A DNA stretch of 64,000 nt from Clostridia bacterium (GTDB lineage: Bacteria > Bacillota > Clostridia > Christensenellales > UBA1242). Under the pieces are notes generated by a model. That model did not search any database. It saw only the letters and a list, made by a program, of their open reading frames with translations, and was not told where the DNA came from. The translations under genes and the position numbers were made by a program. Of this stretch, positions 37,881-46,521 are shown in pieces. Every line of letters begins with the position of its first letter. Positions within the stretch are counted from its first letter, which is position 1. The DNA is taken from positions 219,563-283,562 of the forward strand of contig JAFUSR010000004.1 of assembly GCA_017467585.1 (NCBI GenBank). The letters are read 5' to 3'.

Positions 37881-37965
37881 ATAATAATATAAAAAGTGTT
37901 TAATTTAATTTGAATATTTTGTATTTTATGATAAAATGTTATTATCAAAAAAGGAGGATAATTTC

Positions 37966-38553
37966 GTGGGATTGATGAATTGGCTTCTTAAAGGTATTGG
38001 CTTTGAAGATGAAGAAGACCAAGAAGCAGAGTCTATAAGACACGAGCGCAAGCTTCAGAAAGAAAGACTCAAAGAAGCGAAAAGAAAAGAAAGAGAAGCT
38101 CAAAAGTTAGAAAAAACAAATCAAAAACTTTCAAAACTCGAGAAGAAGAATTCTCAAACAGCACAAATACAACCAAGTGAAACAAAGTCTAGCTATGCGT
38201 CAGATCCTGATCAATATAATATTTCTCCAATACATCAGGAAACCGAGCAGGAGAACTATGGTGGCTACGGTTCAGATTATTCTTCGTCTAACAACATGGG
38301 TGGATATGGTTCAAAAAACGTTGTGTTCTTTTATCCAAAAAGTTATGAAGAGGTTCAAAAGGTTATTGACTTTTTAAAACAGGGCGAATCTGTTATGTTG
38401 AATCTTGATAACATTAGCGATGCAGAGGCTCAACGTATGCTTGATTTTGCGAGTGGAGCAATTTATGCCCTTAATGGTTCTCTGCAAAGAGTTTCAGCAA
38501 ACATATTTTTGCTGACCCCAGAGGGATTAAACATTATGGTTCCAAAACAATAA
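37966..38553 (+). CDS. sepF: Cell division protein SepF
   Basis: The C-terminal SepF domain is present (VVFFYPKSYEEVQKVIDFLKQGESVMLNLDNISDAEAQRMLDFASGAIYALNGSLQRVSANIFLLTP). GTG 37966 lies 8 nt after AGGAGG, and ATG 37975 is an alternative. Confidence 0.88.
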   Translation: MGLMNWLLKGIGFEDEEDQEAESIRHERKLQKERLKEAKRKEREAQKLEKTNQKLSKLEKKNSQTAQIQPSETKSSYASDPDQYNISPIHQETEQENYGGYGSDYSSSNNMGGYGSKNVVFFYPKSYEEVQKVIDFLKQGESVMLNLDNISDAEAQRMLDFASGAIYALNGSLQRVSANIFLLTPEGLNIMVPKQ

Positions 38554-38579
38554 AAAACTCCCGAGAAGGAGTTTTTTTA
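38553..38579 (+). terminator. Intrinsic terminator after sepF
   Basis: The stem ACTCC-cgagaa-GGAGT is followed by T7. Confidence 0.7.
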
Positions 38580-38728
38580 TTGTGAAAATAACCAAAAAAA
38601 ATAATTAAATTACGCATTAAATTAACAATTTTATGTGAATTCACGAGTTATATACCTGAATTTGTAGAAAATCATGTATGTTTCAAGATAAAAATTGTCA
38701 AAAACATCGCAAAACTGCAAAATATACT

Positions 38729-38917
38729 TTATTTATGTTGGTTTTGTGTAATATTTTGCGATTTGTTTGCTTTGATTTGTGATTTTAGCTGATTGTTTTC
38801 TTTTTGAAGATAATCTATGTCTTTTTGTTGTGTTTCAATCATTTCTTCTTTTTGTTTGATTAAATCATTGACATTTGATTTATTGTAGCCAAAAAGGCTG
38901 GTCTTTATTTTGTTCAT
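38729..38917 (-). CDS. Small DivIVA/GpsB-like coiled-coil protein (62 aa)
   Basis: LFGYNKSNVNDLIKQKEEMI resembles the DivIVA N-terminal motif. An AAGGAGA RBS lies upstream. Confidence 0.5.
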   Translation of the reverse strand: MNKIKTSLFGYNKSNVNDLIKQKEEMIETQQKDIDYLQKENNQLKSQIKANKSQNITQNQHK

Positions 38918-39029
38918 ATTTGAATTCTCCTTGAGTGTAGTTTGTGCAGCTTGAAAATAATTATTCGTAAAAGTTAGTTGACAATAATCTCTGATTATTG
39001 TTAAAATCTAGGGTATAGGGGAGAATAAA

Positions 39030-39503
39030 ATGTATAAAATTCTCTTTGTGTGTGTTGGCGCCACTTGCAGAAGTCCAATGGCGAGTTATTTGTTCAACAA
39101 AAAGGTGAAGGATTATAATTTGTCTGGCGTTAATTCTTCTTTTTGTGGACTTAATGTTGAATATGACAGCAAAATTAATTTTAAAAGTGTTGCTGCATTA
39201 AAAAAATATGGAATTATTCGCACACGAAAAAAGCCGACACAAATTAGTTTTTCTGATTTAGTCTCAAACAACTTGATTGTTTGTTTGACAGAGGACTATA
39301 AAGAGGCATTGATTGTTTCGGCGGGTGACAAATTTAAAGACAAAATATATTGTACTAAAGATTTTTGTGGCTTTGATGTGTTAGACCCTTATGGTGGAAC
39401 ACAAGAAGAATATGACAGTTGTTTGCAACAGATTGATGTTGCGATAGAAAAAATAATAGGAGTGTTGGTTGGAAATGGAATTGCAAAACACAAACCAGTT
39501 TAA
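39030..39503 (+). CDS. Low-molecular-weight protein tyrosine/arginine phosphatase (YwlE-like)
   Basis: The CX5R(S/T) P-loop is present (CVGATCRSPMA). An LDPYG-type Asp loop is present (DVLDPYGG). The gene sits upstream of rpiB, as ywlE-ywlF do in Bacillus. Confidence 0.88.
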   Translation: MYKILFVCVGATCRSPMASYLFNKKVKDYNLSGVNSSFCGLNVEYDSKINFKSVAALKKYGIIRTRKKPTQISFSDLVSNNLIVCLTEDYKEALIVSAGDKFKDKIYCTKDFCGFDVLDPYGGTQEEYDSCLQQIDVAIEKIIGVLVGNGIAKHKPV

Positions 39504-39966
39504 AAAGATTGCTATTGTGGCAGACCATAGGGCAGAAGCCAGCAAGAAATTTGTTATTAAAGCTTTGACTGAACTTGGGGTTGATTATGTTTTGCCTAAA
39601 TATGATGATTCACCTGACAACGATTATCCTGATCTTGTTGTTGAGGCATATAAGCTTTATGCGACAAAAAAGGTTGATGGACTAATTTTGATGTGTGGAA
39701 CTGGTGTTGGCATGATGATTGCTGCCAACAAGTGCAAAGGAATTAGGTGCGTTTTGGCAAATGACGAAGCGGTTGCCGCATTTGGAAGAATTCATGAAGA
39801 CTGCAATGCCCTTGGTCTTGCTGCTGGATATTCAGACGATGCTTATGGTTATGAAGTGAAGGCTTGCAAGAGAAAGATGCAAAGAATTGTTAAAACATTT
39901 ATAACAACACCTTTTGGCGGTGGAAGGCATGCGCGCAGAGTTGAAAAGTTAAATAACATTAAATAG
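39469..39966 (+). CDS. rpiB: Ribose-5-phosphate isomerase B (RpiB/LacAB family)
   Basis: The motifs KIAIVADHRA and ILMCGTGVGMMIAANKCKGIRC are present. TTG 39469 lies 6 nt after AGGAG, and ATG 39475 is an alternative. The gene overlaps the upstream gene by about 30 nt. Confidence 0.88.
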   Translation: MEMELQNTNQFKKIAIVADHRAEASKKFVIKALTELGVDYVLPKYDDSPDNDYPDLVVEAYKLYATKKVDGLILMCGTGVGMMIAANKCKGIRCVLANDEAVAAFGRIHEDCNALGLAAGYSDDAYGYEVKACKRKMQRIVKTFITTPFGGGRHARRVEKLNNIK

Positions 39967-39970
39967 AGGA

Positions 39971-40819
39971 ATGATGGAAAAGCAATATAAAGCAGGTAAA
40001 GACATTTTTTTGACAGCTCTTAGAACTATAATTGTTTTGGTTGGAATTGTAGTTGTTTTTTCGTTGTGCTTTTTTGTTATTAACCCATATGTAAGCGCAA
40101 AAGTTTGTTCTGCACTAGGTTTTAAAAATCTAGAAGCAAGTTGCTATGAGCTAATTTATATCAGAACAAAAAATAACAGTGATTTATATAACCTGGTAGT
40201 TAAACTTGGTGGAATAAACAAATATGCTAAGCAATCAAAATATATTGAATTGTTGAAAAATGATGCAAATTATGGTGACTTTTGCGCTGAAGCTGATCAG
40301 TCTTTTGCGGAAGCTTATAATAACAATCAAATTTCTGCAAAATCCCTCGCTAAACTTTATGGAACAAATGAATATTTGGCTTCAACACATGCAATTAACT
40401 ATATTTTGCTGAATAACTACGATGAAGCATATAATGTGATTGTTTCAACAAAACAAGCTGCTTCTGGTGCTGCGTTTACTGATAGAGATTATGAACTCGC
40501 TGTCTATTATTATGTTGATTATTTGTATTCTAGCGCAGTTACAAATTCGAATTGCAAAAACTATTGTCAAAAACTTGCTAGCACAACAGATGGAAATATG
40601 ATTGCTTATTTAATTGAGAGACAAGCATCTAATGAATTGTTGCTCTCTAGTGCAACAGAGGGAAGTTATCAAAAGATTGTTGCGCTATATGCCAAGGTGA
40701 AGATAACATATTCAAAATTTGTGTTATATAAAATGACTGAGCAGGCTGAACTTGCTAACAACTCTTACGCAGAGTGGCAAAGTGCAGTTGCAGAATATAA
40801 CGCAGCAACAGTTAATTAA
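39971..40819 (+). CDS. Hypothetical N-terminally anchored protein (282 aa)
   Basis: It has one N-terminal TM (IIVLVGIVVVFSLCFFVI) and then a helical, Tyr/Ala-rich domain. I recognise no family. Confidence 0.5.
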   Translation: MMEKQYKAGKDIFLTALRTIIVLVGIVVVFSLCFFVINPYVSAKVCSALGFKNLEASCYELIYIRTKNNSDLYNLVVKLGGINKYAKQSKYIELLKNDANYGDFCAEADQSFAEAYNNNQISAKSLAKLYGTNEYLASTHAINYILLNNYDEAYNVIVSTKQAASGAAFTDRDYELAVYYYVDYLYSSAVTNSNCKNYCQKLASTTDGNMIAYLIERQASNELLLSSATEGSYQKIVALYAKVKITYSKFVLYKMTEQAELANNSYAEWQSAVAEYNAATVN

Positions 40820-40825
40820 AAAAAT

Positions 40826-40852
40826 AAAACACCGCGAAATGCGGTATTTTTA
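40826..40852 (+). terminator. Intrinsic terminator after the 282-aa gene
   Basis: The stem ACCGC-gaaat-GCGGT is followed by ATTTTT. Confidence 0.7.
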
Positions 40853-40905
40853 TTATTGACAGAAAAATGTTTAAATGATAAACTAAGCATGTAAGGAAAA
40901 CCATA

Positions 40906-42126
40906 ATGAAGCTTGGAATACGAAACAGTAGTCATTTTAAAAGGTGTGCTTTTGCTGCGCTTGGCGTGGCAACACTTTTGGGGTGTGGCACATTGTTTTT
41001 AAAATCTTCAGGAATGAGTGATGAAAGAAATAGGCAAGTTTCACAAATAGTAGAAAAACTTGGTGCTGATAACGACATAATGTTTGGTCAAGTTTTAAAA
41101 GATAATGGGGATGAACCAGTTTATGTTTCTTTCAGTGAAGACTACGATGATTCCACATACGCCGGTTATAAAGAATCTGCAATTTATGCTCTTGACTATG
41201 TGTTTGGGGCTGTTGGTGGAATTAATAACAATTATAAATATGAAATAGTCTCTCAAGAAGAGTTAGACAAACCATCATATAAGTCTAAGTCGGTAATACA
41301 ATTTCATATTGATGATTTGTCTCAAGAAGAGCCAGTAGGTGGAAATTGTTGCAGAATGGATCCTTGGTATATCATTAAAGGAGATTCATTTAGGTTGCAA
41401 AACTCTAAGTGGGGAGAAACAGAATTAAATTATGTTTATACTCACGAACTTTTGCATGCATTTGGATTTAAAGATATTTATGAGCATAGAATGAATAATG
41501 AAATGTATGCACCAACCATAATGACTCCTAAAGGGTATATGACCAACTTAACTGTGAATGATTATGCTCTTTTGATGGCATATTATTCTCCACAGTTTGA
41601 TACGCAAGAACAATTAGACGAATTTGTTGATCGTGCTCAAGACAAATTAGCGGAATATCAAGACTATTATTATCAGTCGATGGATGATTTGTTTTCAACC
41701 AATAGTTATACTAAATCTCAAATAAAAACGCTTGGAGATATTTCTTTTCCGGGGAATATTTCTTCAATTAAAAATTCTTCAGAGTATGCTACTAATATGG
41801 GAAAAGAGCAAATTAGAAATTATGATTATAGCATTGAAGATGAGAAATATGTTTTTACTATAACCGATGAAAATGGCAAAATTTATACACAAAGTCATGG
41901 CGATGTTGTTTATACCAAAAACTTTATTCATTTAAAAGACGTTCAAATGCCAGAAGGAATTTCACCCCAGGTTGAAGGATTTAAAGACTCCGCCAGAATT
42001 GATAATATTATGATTACAAAATTTGGTGATAGTGTTGCTGTAATTCATCCTTGGAGTATGGATTATAACACATGCAATAATCAAGTGACCTATGCAAACA
42101 GCACTGTTGAAAGAGGAATAAAATAA
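40906..42126 (+). CDS. Putative lipoprotein zinc metalloprotease (HExxHxxGxxD metzincin-like)
   Basis: A lipobox-like signal is present (ALGVATLLGCG). The zinc motif is THELLHAFGFKD, and a possible Met-turn follows (APTIMTP). Confidence 0.6.
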   Translation: MKLGIRNSSHFKRCAFAALGVATLLGCGTLFLKSSGMSDERNRQVSQIVEKLGADNDIMFGQVLKDNGDEPVYVSFSEDYDDSTYAGYKESAIYALDYVFGAVGGINNNYKYEIVSQEELDKPSYKSKSVIQFHIDDLSQEEPVGGNCCRMDPWYIIKGDSFRLQNSKWGETELNYVYTHELLHAFGFKDIYEHRMNNEMYAPTIMTPKGYMTNLTVNDYALLMAYYSPQFDTQEQLDEFVDRAQDKLAEYQDYYYQSMDDLFSTNSYTKSQIKTLGDISFPGNISSIKNSSEYATNMGKEQIRNYDYSIEDEKYVFTITDENGKIYTQSHGDVVYTKNFIHLKDVQMPEGISPQVEGFKDSARIDNIMITKFGDSVAVIHPWSMDYNTCNNQVTYANSTVERGIK

Positions 42127-42127
42127 A

Positions 42128-42158
42128 AGAAACACCGCATTTCGCGGTGTTTCTTTTG
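42128..42158. terminator. Bidirectional terminator between the metalloprotease gene and glyQS
   Basis: An 11-bp stem, AGAAACACCGC / GCGGTGTTTCT, is flanked by A- and T-runs. Confidence 0.85.
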
Positions 42159-42168
42159 ATTTTGTTAA

Positions 42169-43539
42169 TTAAAATTCTAATTTTGGGCTCACAAATTTTG
42201 CGATGTCTTCAATTTTTATGCGCTCTTGTTTCATTGTGTCGCGATCACGAATTGTAACGCAGTTGTCTTCAAGAGAATCAAAGTCAATGGTTACGCAAAA
42301 TGGTGTTCCGATTTGGTCTTGACGGCGATAGCGTTTTCCGATTGAACCTGCCTCGTCGTAGGTGCACATAAAGTGTTTGCGAAGAGAATTATAAACTTCT
42401 TTTGCCTTTTCGCTTAAGTTCTTTTGAAGAGGAAGAACTGCAACTTTGTATGGTGCAATGGCAGGGTGGAAGTGCATTACAATTCTTGTTTCGTTTTCGA
42501 GTTGTTCTTCAGCATAGGCTTCACAAAGGGTTGCAAGCAAAAGTCTGTCGCAACCAATTGAATATTCAACAACACTAGGAATATACTTTTCGTTTGTGAT
42601 AGGGTCGGTATATTGCATTGACTTTCCTGAAAATTCTTGGTGACGAGAAAGGTCATAGTTTGTTCTGTTGTGAATTCCGTTAAGTTCGCTCCAACCAATA
42701 GGGAAGAGATAGTTGATGTCGCAAGCGGCTGCAGCATAGTGAGCAAGTTTGTCGTGGTCTTTAAATTTTAAGTGGTCTTCAGCAAAACCAAGGTCTAGAA
42801 GAAAATTCCAAGCTTTTTGTTTGTAAGTTTTGTAATATTCTTCACTTTGGTCAGCGCGGCAAAATTGTTGATGTTCCATTTGCTCAAATTCAATTGTTCT
42901 AAAAATGAAATTTCCTGGTGTTATTTCGTTTCTAAAAGCCTTTCCGATTTGTGCAATGCCAAATGGAACCTTTGCTCTTGTTGTTCTTTGAACATTTAAG
43001 AAGTTTACAAATTCACCTTGAGCGGTCTCAGGGCGAAGATAAATTTTGCTTTGGTCGTCGCCAATTGTTCCGCGGCTGGTTTCAAACATGAGGTTAAATT
43101 GACGAATAGGTGTCCAATTAAAGTTTCCGCATCTTGGGCAACAAACATGATGTTCAGCAATATATTTTTCCATTTCTTCGTTGGTCATAAGGTCAGGTTT
43201 TACTGCGCCTTTGCTGTGAGCTTCAATTAGGTTGTCTGCACGATGGCGGGTTTTGCAGCTTTTGCAGTCCATTTTTGGGTCAGAAAAAGATGCTACGTGG
43301 CCGCTTGCTTCCCAAACTTTTGGGTTCATAAGAATTGCAGCATCAACACCAAAGCTGTTTTCGTTTTCTTGCACAAAGCGTTTCCACCAAGCGCGTTTAA
43401 TATTGTTTTTCAGTTCCACACCAATAGGGCCATAGTCCCAAGTGTTAGCGAGGCCATCATAGATGTCTGAGCCTGGATATACAAATCCAGTTGCCTTGCA
43501 GTGTGAAACAAGTTTTTCCATTGTAAGATTGTTTTCCAT
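42169..43539 (-). CDS. glyQS: Glycine--tRNA ligase (homodimeric GlyQS type)
   Basis: Class II aaRS GlyRS sequence is present (FVYPGSDIYDGLANTWDYGPIGVELKNNIK, LRPETAQG, GIGKRYRRQDQIGTPF). ATG 43539 follows AGGAGA. The track start at 43563 is an extension. Confidence 0.95.
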   Translation of the reverse strand: MENNLTMEKLVSHCKATGFVYPGSDIYDGLANTWDYGPIGVELKNNIKRAWWKRFVQENENSFGVDAAILMNPKVWEASGHVASFSDPKMDCKSCKTRHRADNLIEAHSKGAVKPDLMTNEEMEKYIAEHHVCCPRCGNFNWTPIRQFNLMFETSRGTIGDDQSKIYLRPETAQGEFVNFLNVQRTTRAKVPFGIAQIGKAFRNEITPGNFIFRTIEFEQMEHQQFCRADQSEEYYKTYKQKAWNFLLDLGFAEDHLKFKDHDKLAHYAAAACDINYLFPIGWSELNGIHNRTNYDLSRHQEFSGKSMQYTDPITNEKYIPSVVEYSIGCDRLLLATLCEAYAEEQLENETRIVMHFHPAIAPYKVAVLPLQKNLSEKAKEVYNSLRKHFMCTYDEAGSIGKRYRRQDQIGTPFCVTIDFDSLEDNCVTIRDRDTMKQERIKIEDIAKFVSPKLEF

Positions 43540-43568
43540 AAATTTCTCCTGTTTTGTTCGCATTGCCG

Positions 43569-43598
43569 ATTATATCACCGCAAAAGTGCGATTGTCAA
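43569..43598 (-). promoter_or_regulatory. glyQS promoter (short SD-containing leader, no T-box)
   Basis: On the minus strand: TTGACA at 43598-43593, an 18-nt spacer, and TATAAT at 43574-43569. A leader of about 28 nt containing AGGAGA follows. Confidence 0.6.
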
Positions 43599-43611
43599 TT
43601 TTGTGAGAGTT

Positions 43612-44340
43612 TTATTTTTCAATTTCTGACTCTTCTTTTTGAATTAAAATATAATCCATATTTTGTTTTTTTGCATATCTTGCATATTTGTCGCAGATGG
43701 CGATTGTCTCTTCTGAAATTGGAATTTCACGAGTGTAATAATGTCCTTCTTGTTTTTCATAAAGAATAAGGCTATTATAAGTGAACACAAAAATGTTATC
43801 GTAGTGAATGTTATAGTTTGCTATGTGAGATTTGTTCATGAGTGAAGATAAAATTGTTTTTGAATTTAACCTTGGGTTAAGTTCGGTTGCAAACATAAAC
43901 AAACTGTTTTGGTCAAATTGCTCATAATGTTGCAATTTTTCCAGTTTAGACTCAAACAATTTGGCTATTTGTTTTTTCATTTTTTCACAGCCAACTTTTT
44001 CGCCAAGTGAGCGCATTGGAACAACTTTTCCGCTTGCGTTAACCCCAATGGCATTTTGAAGTTCTGGTGGAATTTGTGTTGCAATTTCTTCGATTGTGAG
44101 CTTTTTGTGCGACCAAGCCTTTACATATTTTTTTAGTGTAACAAAATATGAGCAGATAAGTCTGGTTACCTCAACGCCATGAGATTTGCCCTTTTTGTTT
44201 AGATGAATGTCAGGGCATTCATCATTTTGAGCATAGACAAAGTTTGGGTCATATTCAAGAGCGAGCAGTGCCTTGGCAAACATTTCACTATATGATTTGT
44301 CTTTTTCGCGCATTCTGTTTTCGAATAATATTTTGTCCAT
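43612..44340 (-). CDS. Hypothetical protein with PD...E-x-T nuclease-like N-terminal motif (242 aa)
   Basis: The ORF is clean. [21 protein letters not shown] is loosely reminiscent of a PD-(D/E)xK core, but I recognise no family. It is transcribed divergently from uvrB. Confidence 0.5.
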   Translation of the reverse strand: MDKILFENRMREKDKSYSEMFAKALLALEYDPNFVYAQNDECPDIHLNKKGKSHGVEVTRLICSYFVTLKKYVKAWSHKKLTIEEIATQIPPELQNAIGVNASGKVVPMRSLGEKVGCEKMKKQIAKLFESKLEKLQHYEQFDQNSLFMFATELNPRLNSKTILSSLMNKSHIANYNIHYDNIFVFTYNSLILYEKQEGHYYTREIPISEETIAICDKYARYAKKQNMDYILIQKEESEIEK

Positions 44341-44346
44341 AGCAAA

Positions 44347-44355
44347 AGTATATCA
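44347..44355 (-). promoter_or_regulatory. Extended -10 element giving a probable leaderless mRNA for the 242-aa gene
   Basis: On the minus strand: TGaTATACT at 44355-44347. The ATG at 44340 follows after 6 nt, and no SD is present. The -35 element is weak. Confidence 0.45.
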
Positions 44356-44423
44356 TGATAAAACTAAAAAAGAAAGGGCTAGGCCACAATTTTATAATAA
44401 AATTATAAAGAATAACATTGTGC

Positions 44424-44452
44424 TTGTAAAAAACGTCAGATTGGGTTATAAT
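44424..44452 (+). promoter_or_regulatory. Promoter giving a probable leaderless uvrB mRNA
   Basis: TTGTAA at 44424-44429, a 17-nt spacer, and TATAAT at 44447-44452. The ATG at 44459 follows after 6 nt (AAACCC), with no SD. Confidence 0.6.
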
Positions 44453-44458
44453 AAACCC

Positions 44459-46426
44459 ATGAAAGAAAACAAGTTTAAAATCGTGTCAGACAAAGTGCCA
44501 AAGGGCGACCAACCACAGGCAATAGAAAGCATTGTAACTGGCCTTAACGATGGTCTTAGAACACAAATTTTGCAGGGAGTTACCGGAAGTGGCAAGACTT
44601 TTACCATGGCGAGTATTATCGAAAAGATGCAACGTCCAACAATTGTCATTGCACACAACAAAACTTTGGCCGCGCAGCTCTGCAACGAGTTTCGCGAACT
44701 TTTTCCTAACAACGCAGTTAACTATTTTGTTAGCTATTATGACTATTATCAGCCAGAAGCTTATATTGCTTCTAGTGACACATACATTGAAAAAGAACTT
44801 TCAATAAACGACGAAATAGATAAATTGCGCCACTCGGCAACATGCTCGCTGTTTGAGAGAAGAGATGTTATTATTGTTGCGTCGGTTTCGTGCATCTATG
44901 GACTGGGCGAGCCAAGTGAATATCACAACATGGCAATATCGCTTAGGCCAGGAATGGAAATTTCTCGCGACAAGGTTATTGAGAGGCTTGTTGCAAACCA
45001 ATTTAAGAGAAACGATTTTGACTTTGTTCGCGGAACATTTAGGGTTCGGGGAGACGTCCTTGATGTTTTTCCAGCCCAAAATAGTGAGGTTTGTCTGAGA
45101 ATTGAGTTTTTTGGCGACACGATTGACAGAATTTGTGAAGTTGAAGCAGTTTCTGGAAAGGTGACTGCCACGCTAGAGCATGTTGCGATTTATCCTGCCA
45201 GTCACTATGTTGTTGGCAGCGACAAACTTGAAAAGTGCATTCAAAACATAGAAGATGACATGAACAAAGAGGTTCAGGCCTTTTTGGATGCAGACAAGCC
45301 ACTAGAAGCAGAGCGATTGAAACAACGCACGAGTTATGATATTGAAATGTTAAGAGAAATGGGCTATACCACCGGAATTGAGAATTATAGCCGTTATTTT
45401 GACGGCAGAAAGCCTGGTCAGATGCCATATACGCTCTTAGATTATTTCCCAGATGACTATTTGATGTTTATAGATGAAAGCCACATGACAATTCCGCAAA
45501 TTCGCGCTATGTATAACGGAGACAGGGCAAGAAAAGATAGTCTTGTTGGATATGGCTTTAGACTGAAAAGTGCCTATGACAACCGCCCACTTAAATTTGA
45601 TGAGTTTGAAAGCAAAATTGGTCAATTAGTGTGTGTTTCTGCAACGCCAGGACCTTATGAACTTGAAAGGGCCGACAACATTGCTGAACAAATAATAAGA
45701 CCAACGGGCTTGTTAGACCCAATTGTTGAGGTTAAACCAACAAAAAATCAGATTGACGACCTTATTAGCGAAGTCAACAAGGCCATTGAAGATGGCGGAA
45801 GAGTTTTGATAACAACACTAACTAAAAAGATGGCGGAAAACTTGTCTGGATATTTAATTGAACACGGAATTAAAACAACTTATCTTCATAGTGAAATTAA
45901 AACGATGGAGAGAATTGAAATTCTAGATGCTCTTAGAAGTGGAGAAACCGATGTTATTGTTGGAATTAACCTTCTTCGTGAGGGGCTTGACCTTCCGGAG
46001 GTTAGCCTTGTTTGTATTTTGGATGCAGACAAAGAAGGATTTTTGCGTTCGAGTGGTGCACTTATTCAGACTATAGGAAGAGCAGCAAGAAACGCTAATG
46101 GCAGAGTTATTATGTATGCTGACACAATAACTGGCAACATGAAAAAAGCCATTGACGATACGGCAAGAAGAAGAAAGTTGCAACAGGAATTTAACAAAAA
46201 ACACGGCATTGTTCCTAAGACAATTGTTAAGAAGATAAACAACACTCTTCAAATAACCAAAAAAGAAGAAAACAAAAAGAAGATGACTGATGAGGAACTG
46301 GAAAAATTTGTAACAGAACTTCGTCTCGAAATGGATAAGGCTGTTGCAGAACTTGATTTCGAAAGAGCCATCGAGTTGCGTGACAGCATAAACGAACTTA
46401 CTAAAAAAACGAAAAAAAACAAATAA
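44459..46426 (+). CDS. uvrB: Excinuclease ABC subunit B
   Basis: The motifs [20 protein letters not shown] and [10 protein letters not shown], helicase motifs, and the C-terminal UVR domain (FERAIELRD) are present. ATG 44459 is used. The track start at 44273 would overlap the divergent gene. Confidence 0.96.
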   Translation: MKENKFKIVSDKVPKGDQPQAIESIVTGLNDGLRTQILQGVTGSGKTFTMASIIEKMQRPTIVIAHNKTLAAQLCNEFRELFPNNAVNYFVSYYDYYQPEAYIASSDTYIEKELSINDEIDKLRHSATCSLFERRDVIIVASVSCIYGLGEPSEYHNMAISLRPGMEISRDKVIERLVANQFKRNDFDFVRGTFRVRGDVLDVFPAQNSEVCLRIEFFGDTIDRICEVEAVSGKVTATLEHVAIYPASHYVVGSDKLEKCIQNIEDDMNKEVQAFLDADKPLEAERLKQRTSYDIEMLREMGYTTGIENYSRYFDGRKPGQMPYTLLDYFPDDYLMFIDESHMTIPQIRAMYNGDRARKDSLVGYGFRLKSAYDNRPLKFDEFESKIGQLVCVSATPGPYELERADNIAEQIIRPTGLLDPIVEVKPTKNQIDDLISEVNKAIEDGGRVLITTLTKKMAENLSGYLIEHGIKTTYLHSEIKTMERIEILDALRSGETDVIVGINLLREGLDLPEVSLVCILDADKEGFLRSSGALIQTIGRAARNANGRVIMYADTITGNMKKAIDDTARRRKLQQEFNKKHGIVPKTIVKKINNTLQITKKEENKKKMTDEELEKFVTELRLEMDKAVAELDFERAIELRDSINELTKKTKKNK

Positions 46427-46521
46427 AAACTTGAAAAAAACATTTAGTTTTAACAGAAAAATATATCTTGAAAACTGTTATTAAAGATGCTAAAATTGTG
46501 AAAGATTAAAGGAATTATGTT

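Noticed and set aside
39469-39503. The ~30-nt overlap between the phosphatase gene and rpiB could be a programmed frameshift or fusion.
   Set aside because: Both proteins are full length with normal termini. rpiB has candidate starts (TTG 39469 / ATG 39475) after an AGGAG inside the upstream gene. Simple translational coupling is sufficient.
44273-44458. An upstream start for uvrB (track ORF begins at 44273).
   Set aside because: It would overlap the divergent 242-aa gene and both promoters. The conserved UvrB N-terminus begins at [11 protein letters not shown] (44459).
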